Below are positions 48,716 through 58,409 of a stretch of DNA of 64,000 nucleotides, piece by piece (position 1 is the first letter of the stretch; each line of letters starts with the position of its first letter). The notes under the pieces are model-generated. The model saw only the letters and a program-made list of their open reading frames with translations. It made no database searches and was not told where the DNA came from. The DNA comes from Candidatus Latescibacterota bacterium (lineage in GTDB: Bacteria; Latescibacterota; UBA2968; UBA8231). The position numbers and the translations under genes are program-made. The stretch spans positions 3,200,001 through 3,264,000 of the forward strand of contig OZ241889.1 in the NCBI GenBank assembly GCA_965203355.1, read 5' to 3'.

Positions 48716-49654
48716 ATGTGCTTCTTTACACACCTTATGCCGCCTTCCGCGCCCCTTTTCCCTCGGTTCGCTGAGCACCGCATCGCCCTCGCCGACCAAG
48801 TTGAGATGGCCTATATCGACAATGGTCGCAGCGGCAACCGCCCCCCTTTAGTACTCCTGCACGGCATCTTTGACAACAAGGCCACTTGGTTCCGCTTGAC
48901 CGCTCGCCTGCCCGACCATCGCATCATCGCCCCGGACTTGATCGGCCACGGCCACAGCAGCAAGCCGACCTTGGCCACCCGCCCCACGCACGAGTGCTAC
49001 TCGCCAGACATGCAGGTTAGCTACCTCGCGGCCTTTATCGCCGCGCTGGACTTAGACGACGCGATTCTCTTGGGCAACTCGCTCGGTGGCGGCTTGGCTC
49101 TGCGCTTGTACCTCGACTTTCCCGCGCTCGCAGCTAAGGTGCGCGGGCTAGTGCTCATCGACGCAGCCGGCTATCCACACAAACTTCCCGTACCCATGCG
49201 GACCCTCGGCGGCCGGCTAGGCAAGCTGCTGACCCATGCCCCGCTCCACGCCCTAGCGCGCACCTGCGGTCTGTTGCGCTTGGCCGCTTGGCGCACCTTC
49301 CGGCACTGCTTCCACGACCGCCGCAAAATCCCCCCCGAACTCGCAGCCACCGCCCGCGCCGCGCTCAAAACCCCGAACGCCGCGTACGCCTATCACTACT
49401 CAGCGCGCAACCTCGTCCCCCCCGACATAGCAACGTTCCACCAGCGCTTTGGCGACATCGCCTGCCCGGCCTTGGTTTTGTGGGGGCAGCAGGACCGCGT
49501 CTTACCCGTGCAATCGGCCCGGCGCTTCGCCGCCGACCTGCCCGGCGCCGATCTACACATCTTCCCTAATTGCGGACACGCGCCCCACCTCGAATACCCG
49601 GACGAGACAGCCGACTGCATCAAACGATGGATAAAAAAGCGCGATATTAAATGA
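48716..49654 (+). CDS. Alpha/beta fold hydrolase
   Basis: LLHG, DLIGHGHS, GNSLGG nucleophile, WG.QD and GHAP..E.P motifs. Confidence 0.88.
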   Translation: MCFFTHLMPPSAPLFPRFAEHRIALADQVEMAYIDNGRSGNRPPLVLLHGIFDNKATWFRLTARLPDHRIIAPDLIGHGHSSKPTLATRPTHECYSPDMQVSYLAAFIAALDLDDAILLGNSLGGGLALRLYLDFPALAAKVRGLVLIDAAGYPHKLPVPMRTLGGRLGKLLTHAPLHALARTCGLLRLAAWRTFRHCFHDRRKIPPELAATARAALKTPNAAYAYHYSARNLVPPDIATFHQRFGDIACPALVLWGQQDRVLPVQSARRFAADLPGADLHIFPNCGHAPHLEYPDETADCIKRWIKKRDIK

Positions 49655-49754
49655 TTTTTGGATAAAATTTTGCCCTCCCCGTGCATAGGTCGGCAACTAT
49701 TGCCCAGGACCGGCGTCTAAACTGCATAGAACTTAATTATTTAGGAGGGACAAT

Positions 49755-49982
49755 ATGCCACTCTATCGCCACCTAGAAGCCTCGGGAGATTCAGACGATA
49801 TCCTCGTAATCGAGGATCGGGGCATGCTCGAGCAGGACCAGCCCGGTTTTGAGTTTATCGACTCGCACACCATCAAAGCCCATCCCCTCATCATCGAAGC
49901 CTTAATCGCTGACTCTGAGCGTTTGTGGACTCTTGAAGAGATACTCGCCGATGTAGAGCAGGGACCGGTGGCACCTCCCTGA
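49755..49982 (+). CDS. Small acidic hypothetical protein (75 aa)
   Basis: Strong AGGAGG RBS upstream of the ATG, with AT-rich promoter-like DNA upstream. No family was recognised. Confidence 0.6.
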   Translation: MPLYRHLEASGDSDDILVIEDRGMLEQDQPGFEFIDSHTIKAHPLIIEALIADSERLWTLEEILADVEQGPVAPP

Positions 49983-50166
49983 GCCGCTTCGCAGGCCAGA
50001 TAGCATGGTCCACCCGGCTACAGTGCGTCCTTTACCACTTTAGGTCCTGTGCATAGGCTGCGAAAGCCCCGGTGACCAAATCTCCCACTGGATGCTAGGA
50101 CGCCGGGTGGGCCAGCCACCTGAACTCCTCTTCTCCTCCGGTCTCTTCACGCGACAGCGGCAGCGA

Positions 50167-51558
50167 TCAGTTGTAATCCGGCCCGCCGACCGGCCCCAGT
50201 AATGCGCGATTTTCCGCGGGCGTCTCCACCGCATTGAGAAAGTCCGCCAAGGCTTGCTGCATCCGCCGGGCTTCCGCTCGATACTCGCCGATCACATTCG
50301 TCTGCTGCCCCGGATCGGCCTGCATGTCGTACAACTCGGGTGCGCCGCCGTGTTCGCCATGCGCCAAGTAGGTCCAGTGCGCGTCGGTCACGGTCGGCCC
50401 GCCGTTGCGGATAAAAGTCGAACTGAAGGCGTATTGCCGCGGCCACGCAACCGAGCCGCTTAGCAGCGGCATCAGCGAGTGTCCGTGCATGGCTAGGTCG
50501 CTCTTTTCCACGCCAGTCAAAGCCATTAACGTCGGCAGCAAATCCACCGATTGCGTCAATGCGCTCACCCGCTGTCCGCCCGCAATCTCGGGGGCGGCGA
50601 TCAGCAGCGGGATGTGGCTGATCTCTTCGTATAGCGGCCAGACGCGCTCGTCCTCGGGGTGGATGTTGGACTTGCCCGTGCGGTTGTGCTCGCCGACGAA
50701 CATGCCGTGATCCGAGGTAAATACCACCACGCTGTTGTCGAACAGCCCAAGCTCTTCAATTTTGTCCAACACGTAGCCGATCCACTTGTTGACCAAGTAA
50801 ATTTCGGCCGCGTAATGGGCCTGGAGGTTGGTCAATTCCTCTTGGGTATAGGCGGTCGCCGGGCCGTAGTTCGGGTGGATCATCGGCGGGCCATCGTAGC
50901 CAGAGCTATCATAGCGGCCCACCAGATGTTCCGGCGGGTCCCACGGCTCGTGCGCGTCAAAGAAATCCACCCATAGTAAAAACGGCTCGCAGCCGCGATT
51001 TTCCTCCAGCCAGCGGCTCGCGGTCTGCGCCGTGCGCACACAGAAGCGGTCTTCTTCCCACGCCCAGTCGCGGTTGGTCCACGAGTGCAGAGTCGCCAAA
51101 TTGCCAAAGCGCGTGTTCGCTATATGCCGATCGACGCGCGTCTTCGCTCCGTCCACCTTTAGGCGCGGCCGCAGGTTGCCTTTCAACAGCGGTTTGTCGC
51201 CCTCTTGCCCGCGAATCCAGTACGCCCCGTCAAACCCCCGGTCAAAATGGTGGATGCCTTTCATCAGATGCGGCGTGTCGCAGATAAGCTGACTCTGGTA
51301 GCCAGCCGCCGCAAAAATCGCGCTCAGCACCGGGATGCCAGCGTCCAGTGGTTTCCAGCCGTGGAAAGGAAAGCTGTAGCGGCCAGTAAAGAGATCGGTG
51401 CGGTTGGGGATGGTCGGAAAACTCGACAAATAGTGTCGGTCAAAGCACACCGCCCGCTCGGCAAAGCGATCGAGCGCCGCCGTGCCGATCCACGCATTGC
51501 CGTTGCACCCCAGATAGTCGTAGCGAAAGGTGTCGCTGACCAAGACGATGATGTTCAT
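50167..51558 (-). CDS. Sulfatase-like hydrolase with Thr at the nucleophile position
   Basis: VSDTFR.D, TIPNR..LFTGR (normally C/SxPxR), D.HEPWDPP, FTSDHG, LYEE..HIPL and ELYD...DP motifs. Confidence 0.88.
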   Translation of the reverse strand: MNIIVLVSDTFRYDYLGCNGNAWIGTAALDRFAERAVCFDRHYLSSFPTIPNRTDLFTGRYSFPFHGWKPLDAGIPVLSAIFAAAGYQSQLICDTPHLMKGIHHFDRGFDGAYWIRGQEGDKPLLKGNLRPRLKVDGAKTRVDRHIANTRFGNLATLHSWTNRDWAWEEDRFCVRTAQTASRWLEENRGCEPFLLWVDFFDAHEPWDPPEHLVGRYDSSGYDGPPMIHPNYGPATAYTQEELTNLQAHYAAEIYLVNKWIGYVLDKIEELGLFDNSVVVFTSDHGMFVGEHNRTGKSNIHPEDERVWPLYEEISHIPLLIAAPEIAGGQRVSALTQSVDLLPTLMALTGVEKSDLAMHGHSLMPLLSGSVAWPRQYAFSSTFIRNGGPTVTDAHWTYLAHGEHGGAPELYDMQADPGQQTNVIGEYRAEARRMQQALADFLNAVETPAENRALLGPVGGPDYN

Positions 51559-51567
51559 AAGACGCTC

Positions 51568-52596
51568 CTACTCTCGCCGAATTTCATACTCGGCCTTTTC
51601 TGAAGCGATTGAAACGGACTTTTCGCCCCAGGACAGATTGAGACTCAAAGGGATTCTATTGTCAACTGCTCCTATGGCATCTATCGGTGGGCGTATGTAC
51701 TTCTTCACATAAACCGATAGAATTTGTCCTGCGTTAGACGCTACGTGTTCCCACGCTTCTTCTCCGGCCATAGCAAGGCCACCGGAACTTGTAAACTCTT
51801 CGGTTAGTTCTGTAAGGCGCGATGATGAAGTTGGATCTAATACAAGAAGAATAGGAGTAAATCCCGCTGCTCTACATTCTCTTGGAAAAGACAACTCCGC
51901 GGAAAAGCGACCTTGACCGCTTGCCGCAGTTGTAACTCTGAGTTTGAACTCATAGGCTAGGTTTCCGGCGGCTACAAAACAGTCGATTTGGCGACCGTTT
52001 GGGGTCGGCTTTCCATTTTCATCTAGGCGTTTTACCGGCGAATTTCGCGCACCGATAGGTTCGCCACCCAAGCAACTCGCCAGAATGGGTTCAAATAAAT
52101 ACCCTGTTTCTTGTGCAGATCGATTATCAATATCGTATATCCACTTACGCCAAGTCATCCAGCTAAACAAAAGTTCAAGATCGCATGAGCCGAATTCAAG
52201 GAGACTGCGGGGGCCAATTTGATCTGCTTGTGCAAGGGGTTGTGTCTCTAAGATTCGCCCGTACTTCACTCGTCGTCTGTGTAAAGCGCATAGATTTTGA
52301 ACATAGAGCGCAAAGTCGGGATGTTTTCTGACTGCATTGTCAAGTACCTGCAAAAGCAAACCTGAGTTTGCATGAGACACTTCGCTCGTAGCAAACCACT
52401 TCACGGGAATCTGATAGTAGTCTTTACCGGGCACTTCTATGTCAGATAACCCCAACTCAGTAGAGTTCCATTTGAGGTCCCACATGCTGATCAACAAAAG
52501 AACATATAACTCAGAATCGGAGAGAATAACCTGTGCATCCCCTGTGCCGTGAACCTTGCACTTACTCAGCAAATGTCGGATTGAAGCATTAGGCAC
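51568..52596 (-). CDS. Putative type II restriction endonuclease
   Basis: GYLFE helix and RQID...AYEFK PD-(D/E)XK motif; low GC; immediately downstream of the C5 MTase. Confidence 0.72.
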   Translation of the reverse strand: MPNASIRHLLSKCKVHGTGDAQVILSDSELYVLLLISMWDLKWNSTELGLSDIEVPGKDYYQIPVKWFATSEVSHANSGLLLQVLDNAVRKHPDFALYVQNLCALHRRRVKYGRILETQPLAQADQIGPRSLLEFGSCDLELLFSWMTWRKWIYDIDNRSAQETGYLFEPILASCLGGEPIGARNSPVKRLDENGKPTPNGRQIDCFVAAGNLAYEFKLRVTTAASGQGRFSAELSFPRECRAAGFTPILLVLDPTSSSRLTELTEEFTSSGGLAMAGEEAWEHVASNAGQILSVYVKKYIRPPIDAIGAVDNRIPLSLNLSWGEKSVSIASEKAEYEIRRE

Positions 52597-52603
52597 AGAA
52601 ATT

Positions 52604-53908
52604 CTATCCGAATAAGGTTAGTTGTGGTTTATCGTTTTTTTTAAGACGCTCTAGTAACAGTGCTGTCTTTCTGAGCACAGGACTCATTGCAGACGCTTTT
52701 GTCAAGGTGAATCCTATCAATGTTCCATTTTCTATTATTTTATTTGGTAAAAATCCGTAACTCTTGATGTGTTCGGCAAAAATTAATGCGAGCTTTGGCG
52801 GAATTGCATTACCGATATGACGTACCTTCTCAGACGTATTTCCCAAAAAGACAAACGAGTCTGGGAACGTTTGGATCCTAGCGCATTCTCTAATCGTCAA
52901 GGGCCTGTCTTCAACAGGGTGGATAAACTCTCGACACGCAGCCCCGGTAATCGTTAGACAAGGCTCATCAAAGCGCAGCCTTTTTAGACCAGAAGGCGCT
53001 CCACCTCTTCTATCTGAGGGCGTTCCGTCCATTACCCGTCTGTAGGCTCTTCGCCTAAAGGAGCCGTGCTGTAACTCTGCGGGAAGATCCTTCATGGTTT
53101 GCCCAGGTTTTAATACGCGAATTCGCTCTGTCTGTATATCGTGGAGCAATGGCCTAAAGTGATCCTTTATTTCTTTAGTACCATCTCTTACTTCATCTTT
53201 CCAAGTACCACTATATCTTACTGTTTGGTCCTTATTGCTAGATGGTTCCGGCAAATCACCTATTGCATGTCTAAGAGTCGAACTGGATTTTCTAAAAATA
53301 GCTCCATGGATATGCAGCACGGGCTGGGGCAAATCAAAGTCGTGCCCCAAGCGGTTGCCGATTACCAAAACGCGCTTCCTTCTCTGCGGAACTCCATACT
53401 CGTGTGCGTAGATTTTATCGACGCGTACTCTATAGCCCAAGTCTATAAATGCTTTAGTCGCTTCGTATATGTATTCTCCATTCTTCGCTGTTAAAAGCCC
53501 TTCTACATTTTCCATGATAAACCACTTTGGCAGTATTATCTCTAGGGATTTAATATAGCTTTTTAACAGGCTATTTCTCGGATCATCCCAAAATTTAGTG
53601 CCAGCGGTACTAAAACCCTGACAGGGCGGCCCGCCGATCAAAATATCCAACTCACCTGCTTTGATTTTTAAGTCGTTGAGCAACATACCAAAATCAAACT
53701 CTCGCACATCGCCCTGGACGCAGTTAGTACCTGAAAAGTTGGCTCTATAGGTTTCAACGGCCTTGGGATCGCTGTCCAGGGCATACAGGATTTGATAACC
53801 AGCTTTCTTGAATCCCAATGAGCAGCCACCTACTCCAGCGAAAAGACTAACTGCACTCGGCACCGATGCTGCCATTTTGCATGTTGGGTCCATGAGGCCG
53901 CTAAACAT
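52604..53908 (-). CDS. DNA (cytosine-5) methyltransferase
   Basis: LFAGVGG, GGPPCQGFS, MENV, VPQ.RKR, R.LT.RE.ARIQ.FPD and IGNA.PP motifs. Confidence 0.95.
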   Translation of the reverse strand: MFSGLMDPTCKMAASVPSAVSLFAGVGGCSLGFKKAGYQILYALDSDPKAVETYRANFSGTNCVQGDVREFDFGMLLNDLKIKAGELDILIGGPPCQGFSTAGTKFWDDPRNSLLKSYIKSLEIILPKWFIMENVEGLLTAKNGEYIYEATKAFIDLGYRVRVDKIYAHEYGVPQRRKRVLVIGNRLGHDFDLPQPVLHIHGAIFRKSSSTLRHAIGDLPEPSSNKDQTVRYSGTWKDEVRDGTKEIKDHFRPLLHDIQTERIRVLKPGQTMKDLPAELQHGSFRRRAYRRVMDGTPSDRRGGAPSGLKRLRFDEPCLTITGAACREFIHPVEDRPLTIRECARIQTFPDSFVFLGNTSEKVRHIGNAIPPKLALIFAEHIKSYGFLPNKIIENGTLIGFTLTKASAMSPVLRKTALLLERLKKNDKPQLTLFG

Positions 53909-53911
53909 CCT

Positions 53912-54805
53912 TCACCGCGCTAAGATGCGCCGCAACGCACCCTCCAATTCGGGACACGCAAACTCGAAACCCGCTTCCAACAGCCGCTTTGGCAGCACCC
54001 GCTGGCTGGCCAGCAACCCCTCCTCAGCCAATTCGCCCAAGACCAATTTGGCCGCCAACGCCGGCAGCGGCAGCAGCGTCGGTCGCCGCAACACGCGCCC
54101 CAACGTCTGCGTCAACTCGGCATTGGTCACCGGCTGCGGCGCGGTCAGGTTCACCGGCCCGCGCAAGGCGTCGTTTTCCACCGCATAGATCAACGCTGAC
54201 ACCGCGTCCTCCAAGCTAATCCAGCTAACGTACTGCCGCCCGTCGCCGATTTTGCCACCCATCCCCAAGCGGAAGGGCAACAGCATCTTGGCCAGTGCCC
54301 CCCCCCGACGACTGAGGACGATCCCCAAGCGGGCCTGCACGACGCGGATACCAGCCTCGGCCGCTACGGCACTCGCCCCTTCCCACGCTCGGCCCAACTC
54401 AGCCAAAAACCCCTCGCCCGTGTCGCTTTCTTCGTCCAACGCCTCGGCACGCCGATGGCCGTAAATGCCGACAGCCGACGCGCAGACCAACACCCTCGGC
54501 CGCACGGCCAATCCGGCCAAGCACTCAGCGAGTAACCGCGTCGTCTGCACCCGGCTCTGGCGCAGTTGCGCCTTGACGGTGGCAGTCCAACGCCCGGCCG
54601 TGATGTTCCGCCCCCCCAAATGCACGGCCCCATCTATCCCTTCCAGCACCGCTTGTTCCAGCTCGCCAGCTTCCGGATCCCAGCGCAACTCCCCGTGTGC
54701 CGGCGGTCGCCGCACCAAGCGCACCACCGCGTGCCCTTCGCGCTCCAGCCGGTTACAGAGTGCCGTGCCGATCAAGCCGCTGCTGCCCGCTACCAATATC
54801 TTCAC
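53912..54805 (-). CDS. TIGR01777 family NAD-dependent epimerase-like protein
   Basis: GSSGLIG, SRV.TT, ASAVG.YG, WE, R.GIVL, G.G.Q..SWI and SQRV.P..L...GF.F motifs. Confidence 0.9.
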   Translation of the reverse strand: MKILVAGSSGLIGTALCNRLEREGHAVVRLVRRPPAHGELRWDPEAGELEQAVLEGIDGAVHLGGRNITAGRWTATVKAQLRQSRVQTTRLLAECLAGLAVRPRVLVCASAVGIYGHRRAEALDEESDTGEGFLAELGRAWEGASAVAAEAGIRVVQARLGIVLSRRGGALAKMLLPFRLGMGGKIGDGRQYVSWISLEDAVSALIYAVENDALRGPVNLTAPQPVTNAELTQTLGRVLRRPTLLPLPALAAKLVLGELAEEGLLASQRVLPKRLLEAGFEFACPELEGALRRILAR

Positions 54806-54956
54806 TAGCGACTCCTATTGAGAATCCTCTGCTACTAAAACGCATCCCCGCACTCGACACAAGGGCGCTTGACCCGGTTTTTTCCTCTTGTTTTTCTCTT
54901 AAAAAGCGAATCCCAGCCGGCGTAGCATCGGCCCCGCGACCCAGAAAGTACGCATC

Positions 54957-56405
54957 ATGCCCGATGATTACAGCATCGCCACCACTCCGAGCAGCTTCAA
55001 TGGACATGTCTGTGATAAACAAACCAATGCCTTTAACGCAGCAGATTGGATCGGTCGGCTAGCCGCAGCGCTTGAAGACGTGGCGGCACAGGCGCGACCC
55101 GCTTTAGAAATCCCACACTACGGCCCGCTAGACGAATACTGGCCGAGTATCCACCGGCAATACCGAGCACTCGCCGCCCGCGCCAATCGCGATCCCGCGG
55201 CCGCGCAGCGCTTCGCAGAATCCCCCCTCTGGCTCAAATCCGATCCGGTCGCAGCAAGGGCGATCCTGCGGGAGCATCCCTTGCTGCGACCGGGGCTGAT
55301 CGGTTGGGGCCAGCGCGAAGGGATCGGCTTCATGCTAGCCGAGCGCGACTGGTTCCACGTCGAGCTAAAGTCCCTCATATCCCACCTAGCCAAACGCTCG
55401 CTGAAAGATAGCGGCGGGCAGGCGGCGCAACTGCTGCACCGCTATCTAACGGCCGGGGCGGAGGCCAATCTTCCGGCCTGCGAGATCACGCTCTTGCACG
55501 GCTTAACACTCGACCGGCGCTTCGACCTTGGCCGCGACGCCTACTTGGCTCCCTACGCGGAAGTCAAGGCAACCTACGGCCTGCCCGGCCAACCCGACAG
55601 CGCGAGTCCGCAGCCAAGTCCCGAGCGCACGACCGCACTCGTGCGCAGCCTGCGGTGGGGGCCAGGCGTCGCACCGCCCCCGGACAGCGGCGGCTTTGCC
55701 CATAAGTCCGGTCGCGCTTGCGTCCCGAAAGTAAAGTACCGCTTCCCCGGCGACTACGAGATCGACCTTGCCGACCGATTGCCAGACGACAACAAAGTCC
55801 TCGTTGATCTGCTGTCGATTACAACAAGGACGCCGCTGATCTCCTACGCGAGCTTGGTCCGCGTCGCCCGGTGGATCGAGGAAATCGATCCCAACTTCGC
55901 TTGCAATTTTCGCCTCGCCGCGGCCTACTTGCCCGAAGCAACGCCCAAAGAACACCCATTCAGCCAGCAGGACGCGGCGGCTTTCGCGGCTCTGGCGAGC
56001 CGCTGGTGTACCTATCGCGGCCAGCGCGATGTCATGAACCTGGCGATCCGCCGCCTCGCCGCCTCTTTCGCGCGCGGCGGCAGCCCCTTTAGCGCCGAGG
56101 ATTGCATCCTCGATGTCTCCATCGCCTTGGAGATCATGTACGGTCCGACTAAACACAAGCTAGGCCACCAACTGGCGGCCCGAGCAGAACGGCTGCTTGG
56201 CCAAGGCGCGGATAAACGCGGCTGGATAGCCAACCGAGTGAAGTCCTTTTATAGAGTTCGCTCGGCCATCGTGCATGGGCAAAAGAAGATCAAAGGCGGG
56301 CGCGAGACGATCGACAAAGCACTGGCGGACGGACGCGATCTAGCCTGCCGCTCGCTCGCGGAATTCCTGTCCCGGGGGCCGATACGGAATTGGGAACACC
56401 CATGA
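54957..56405 (+). CDS. HEPN-domain protein (ApeA-like C-terminal HEPN)
   Basis: C-terminal D..IALE..Y, L..RA..LL and Y.VRSAIVHG (Rx4H) motifs. Confidence 0.72.
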   Translation: MPDDYSIATTPSSFNGHVCDKQTNAFNAADWIGRLAAALEDVAAQARPALEIPHYGPLDEYWPSIHRQYRALAARANRDPAAAQRFAESPLWLKSDPVAARAILREHPLLRPGLIGWGQREGIGFMLAERDWFHVELKSLISHLAKRSLKDSGGQAAQLLHRYLTAGAEANLPACEITLLHGLTLDRRFDLGRDAYLAPYAEVKATYGLPGQPDSASPQPSPERTTALVRSLRWGPGVAPPPDSGGFAHKSGRACVPKVKYRFPGDYEIDLADRLPDDNKVLVDLLSITTRTPLISYASLVRVARWIEEIDPNFACNFRLAAAYLPEATPKEHPFSQQDAAAFAALASRWCTYRGQRDVMNLAIRRLAASFARGGSPFSAEDCILDVSIALEIMYGPTKHKLGHQLAARAERLLGQGADKRGWIANRVKSFYRVRSAIVHGQKKIKGGRETIDKALADGRDLACRSLAEFLSRGPIRNWEHP

Positions 56406-56474
56406 CTCGGCGCGATTTTCCTGTTGTCGTCGTTTTCGCGCGCTTTGGTCTGGTCGGCGACGGGCGTATCGCGA

Positions 56475-57578
56475 TCATCGATCCTCGTCTAATTGCGGCA
56501 ACACCGCGCGCAACACCTTGGCCAAGGCTTGCCGCTCGGCGGCCGGTCCTACCGTCAGCCGAACACAGCGGTCGAGCGGAGCCACGCCCGGCATCCGCAC
56601 AAAAACCCCATGCTGCAAAAGCACCTGTAGCAGACGCCGGGCGCGGTCGCCACTACCCACATCAAGCGCCACGAAATTCGTCGCCGAGGGCACCGTTTTC
56701 AGCCCAAGTTCCGCCGCTAACTGCGCGTATTCCCGCCGGCCTTGCTCCACTTGCCGCACCACCGAACGCACGAACTCATCGTCGCCCAGCGAAGCGAGTG
56801 CCCCAGCTTGGGCGATGCGGTTGACGCCAAAGTGATTGCGCACCTTGTCGAGCGCGGCCACCACATCGCGGTGCGCCAGCGCATAGCCGACCCTGGCGCC
56901 CGCCATGCCGTGCGCCTTGGAAAACGTCCGTAGCCGCACCATCTGTTGCCGTTCCACGGCTAGCGGCAACAAGGCATCCGCTGGCGCGAAGTCGATGTAC
57001 GCCTCGTCGAGCAGCAACACGCAATCCAGCGGCAATTCCGCCATAAAATCCCGCAACTCGTCAGCCCGCTGATACGTGCCCATTGGATTGTCGGGATTGG
57101 CCACGTAAATCAGCTTGGGGCGCACTTGCCGCGCCTTGGCCAACAGGGCGGTCAAATCCTCCCGGTCCGCGCGATAGGGCACCTTGTGCAACACCGCCCC
57201 ATGCCCCTCAACGTGGTAGTTAAACGTGGGATAAGCCCCCAGCGACGTCACCACCGCATCGCCCGGTTCGGCAAAAAGGCGCACCAAAAGCCCCAAAATT
57301 TCATCTATGCCCGCCCCCAAGGCGACCTCTTCCCGCGCCACCCGGTGCTGCACGGCCAACGCCGAGCGCAACTCGTATCCCTCCGGGTCGTTGTACCAAT
57401 GCACCTGATCCACCGCTTTCACCATGGCCTGCCGCGCCCGCGGCGAGATGCCAAAATTGCTCTCATTGGCCCCAACCCGCAGGGCGAGCGGCTGTCCCTG
57501 CTCTCGCTCCAAGGCTTCGGGCGGCACAAAGGGAATCGTCGCGGGTAGAGCGCGGACGATGCGCGCAAACGGCAGCAC
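56475..57578 (-). CDS. Class I/II PLP aminotransferase (histidinol-phosphate transaminase-like)
   Basis: GANES.FG, ANPDNPMG, LDEAY, RTFSKAHGMAGARVGY and R.TVG motifs. Confidence 0.9.
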   Translation of the reverse strand: MLPFARIVRALPATIPFVPPEALEREQGQPLALRVGANESNFGISPRARQAMVKAVDQVHWYNDPEGYELRSALAVQHRVAREEVALGAGIDEILGLLVRLFAEPGDAVVTSLGAYPTFNYHVEGHGAVLHKVPYRADREDLTALLAKARQVRPKLIYVANPDNPMGTYQRADELRDFMAELPLDCVLLLDEAYIDFAPADALLPLAVERQQMVRLRTFSKAHGMAGARVGYALAHRDVVAALDKVRNHFGVNRIAQAGALASLGDDEFVRSVVRQVEQGRREYAQLAAELGLKTVPSATNFVALDVGSGDRARRLLQVLLQHGVFVRMPGVAPLDRCVRLTVGPAAERQALAKVLRAVLPQLDEDR

Positions 57579-57581
57579 GGC

Positions 57582-58409
57582 CTAAGACCACACGTAGATT
57601 TCGTCGTCGCCTTCGGCATAGCCAATGAAGACGGCGAGCACCACTCGTGGATCGTCCCCCTGCACGGCCGGGACCTCGTGGATGCAGCGCGTATTGAAGA
57701 AATACAAATCGCCCGGCGCGAGCGCGACCTCGCAGTGCTCCACGCCCTGAGCAGCCGCATACTCGTGAAAACGGCCCGCGGCGATATGCGGCTGTATCGC
57801 TTCGGTCCACAAGCAGCGATGCAACACCGCCTGCACGCCAGGGCCCGCGGAATTCGCGTTCTGCACGCACAGCACTCCGGCAAATTGATGGGTAAAACGC
57901 GCCACCTCGTAGTTGAACCGCTTTTCGCGCAGCACTACGTGGTCAATGTGCGGACGATAGGCGTGCGTGTCGTAGTGGATGCGAAAGATGGCGGGGCCGT
58001 ACAAGCGCCCATCGCGCTCGCGCGCCGTCTTGACCGCCTTGTCGGGTGCCAACGCCTGCAAGTGCCGATAGAGCAACTGCACCGGGTCGATCAAACCGGC
58101 AAAAAGACCGGCAAAAAGCGCGTGCGTCTCCTCCGCATGCGCCAAGAATGCCTCTTGGTCGCTGCCTAGGTTGCCAAGACTAGTACCAATATCGATGCGC
58201 GTGCGCTCGTCGCCCGCCGCACGCAGCAACCCGCGCTCGGCAAAGCGTTCCATCAGCCGCTGGCAATCGGTCGGCGTACAGACTTGGGGCAGCAAGATCG
58301 CTGGTATCGCCGCCCGAGCCAAGGCGCGGAGCGGGTCGGCGCATTCGTCCGGCCCCACGGGTCGCCACAAGGCCCGCGTGGCCTTTTCTTCGTGCGTTGT
58401 TTTTTGCAA
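57582..58409 (-). CDS. Putative 2OG-Fe(II) dioxygenase-like protein
   Basis: R....HID...GDLYFFN...IHEV......R pattern, giving an HxD...H facial triad. Confidence 0.6.
   Translation of the reverse strand: MQKTTHEEKATRALWRPVGPDECADPLRALARAAIPAILLPQVCTPTDCQRLMERFAERGLLRAAGDERTRIDIGTSLGNLGSDQEAFLAHAEETHALFAGLFAGLIDPVQLLYRHLQALAPDKAVKTARERDGRLYGPAIFRIHYDTHAYRPHIDHVVLREKRFNYEVARFTHQFAGVLCVQNANSAGPGVQAVLHRCLWTEAIQPHIAAGRFHEYAAAQGVEHCEVALAPGDLYFFNTRCIHEVPAVQGDDPRVVLAVFIGYAEGDDEIYVWS

Noticed and set aside
49976-50130. Firm 6S RNA, SRP or riboswitch call
   Set aside because: Only short motifs match. The strand needed to pair with CCCCTGAGCC is missing, and there is no SRP GGAA loop or clear riboswitch core.
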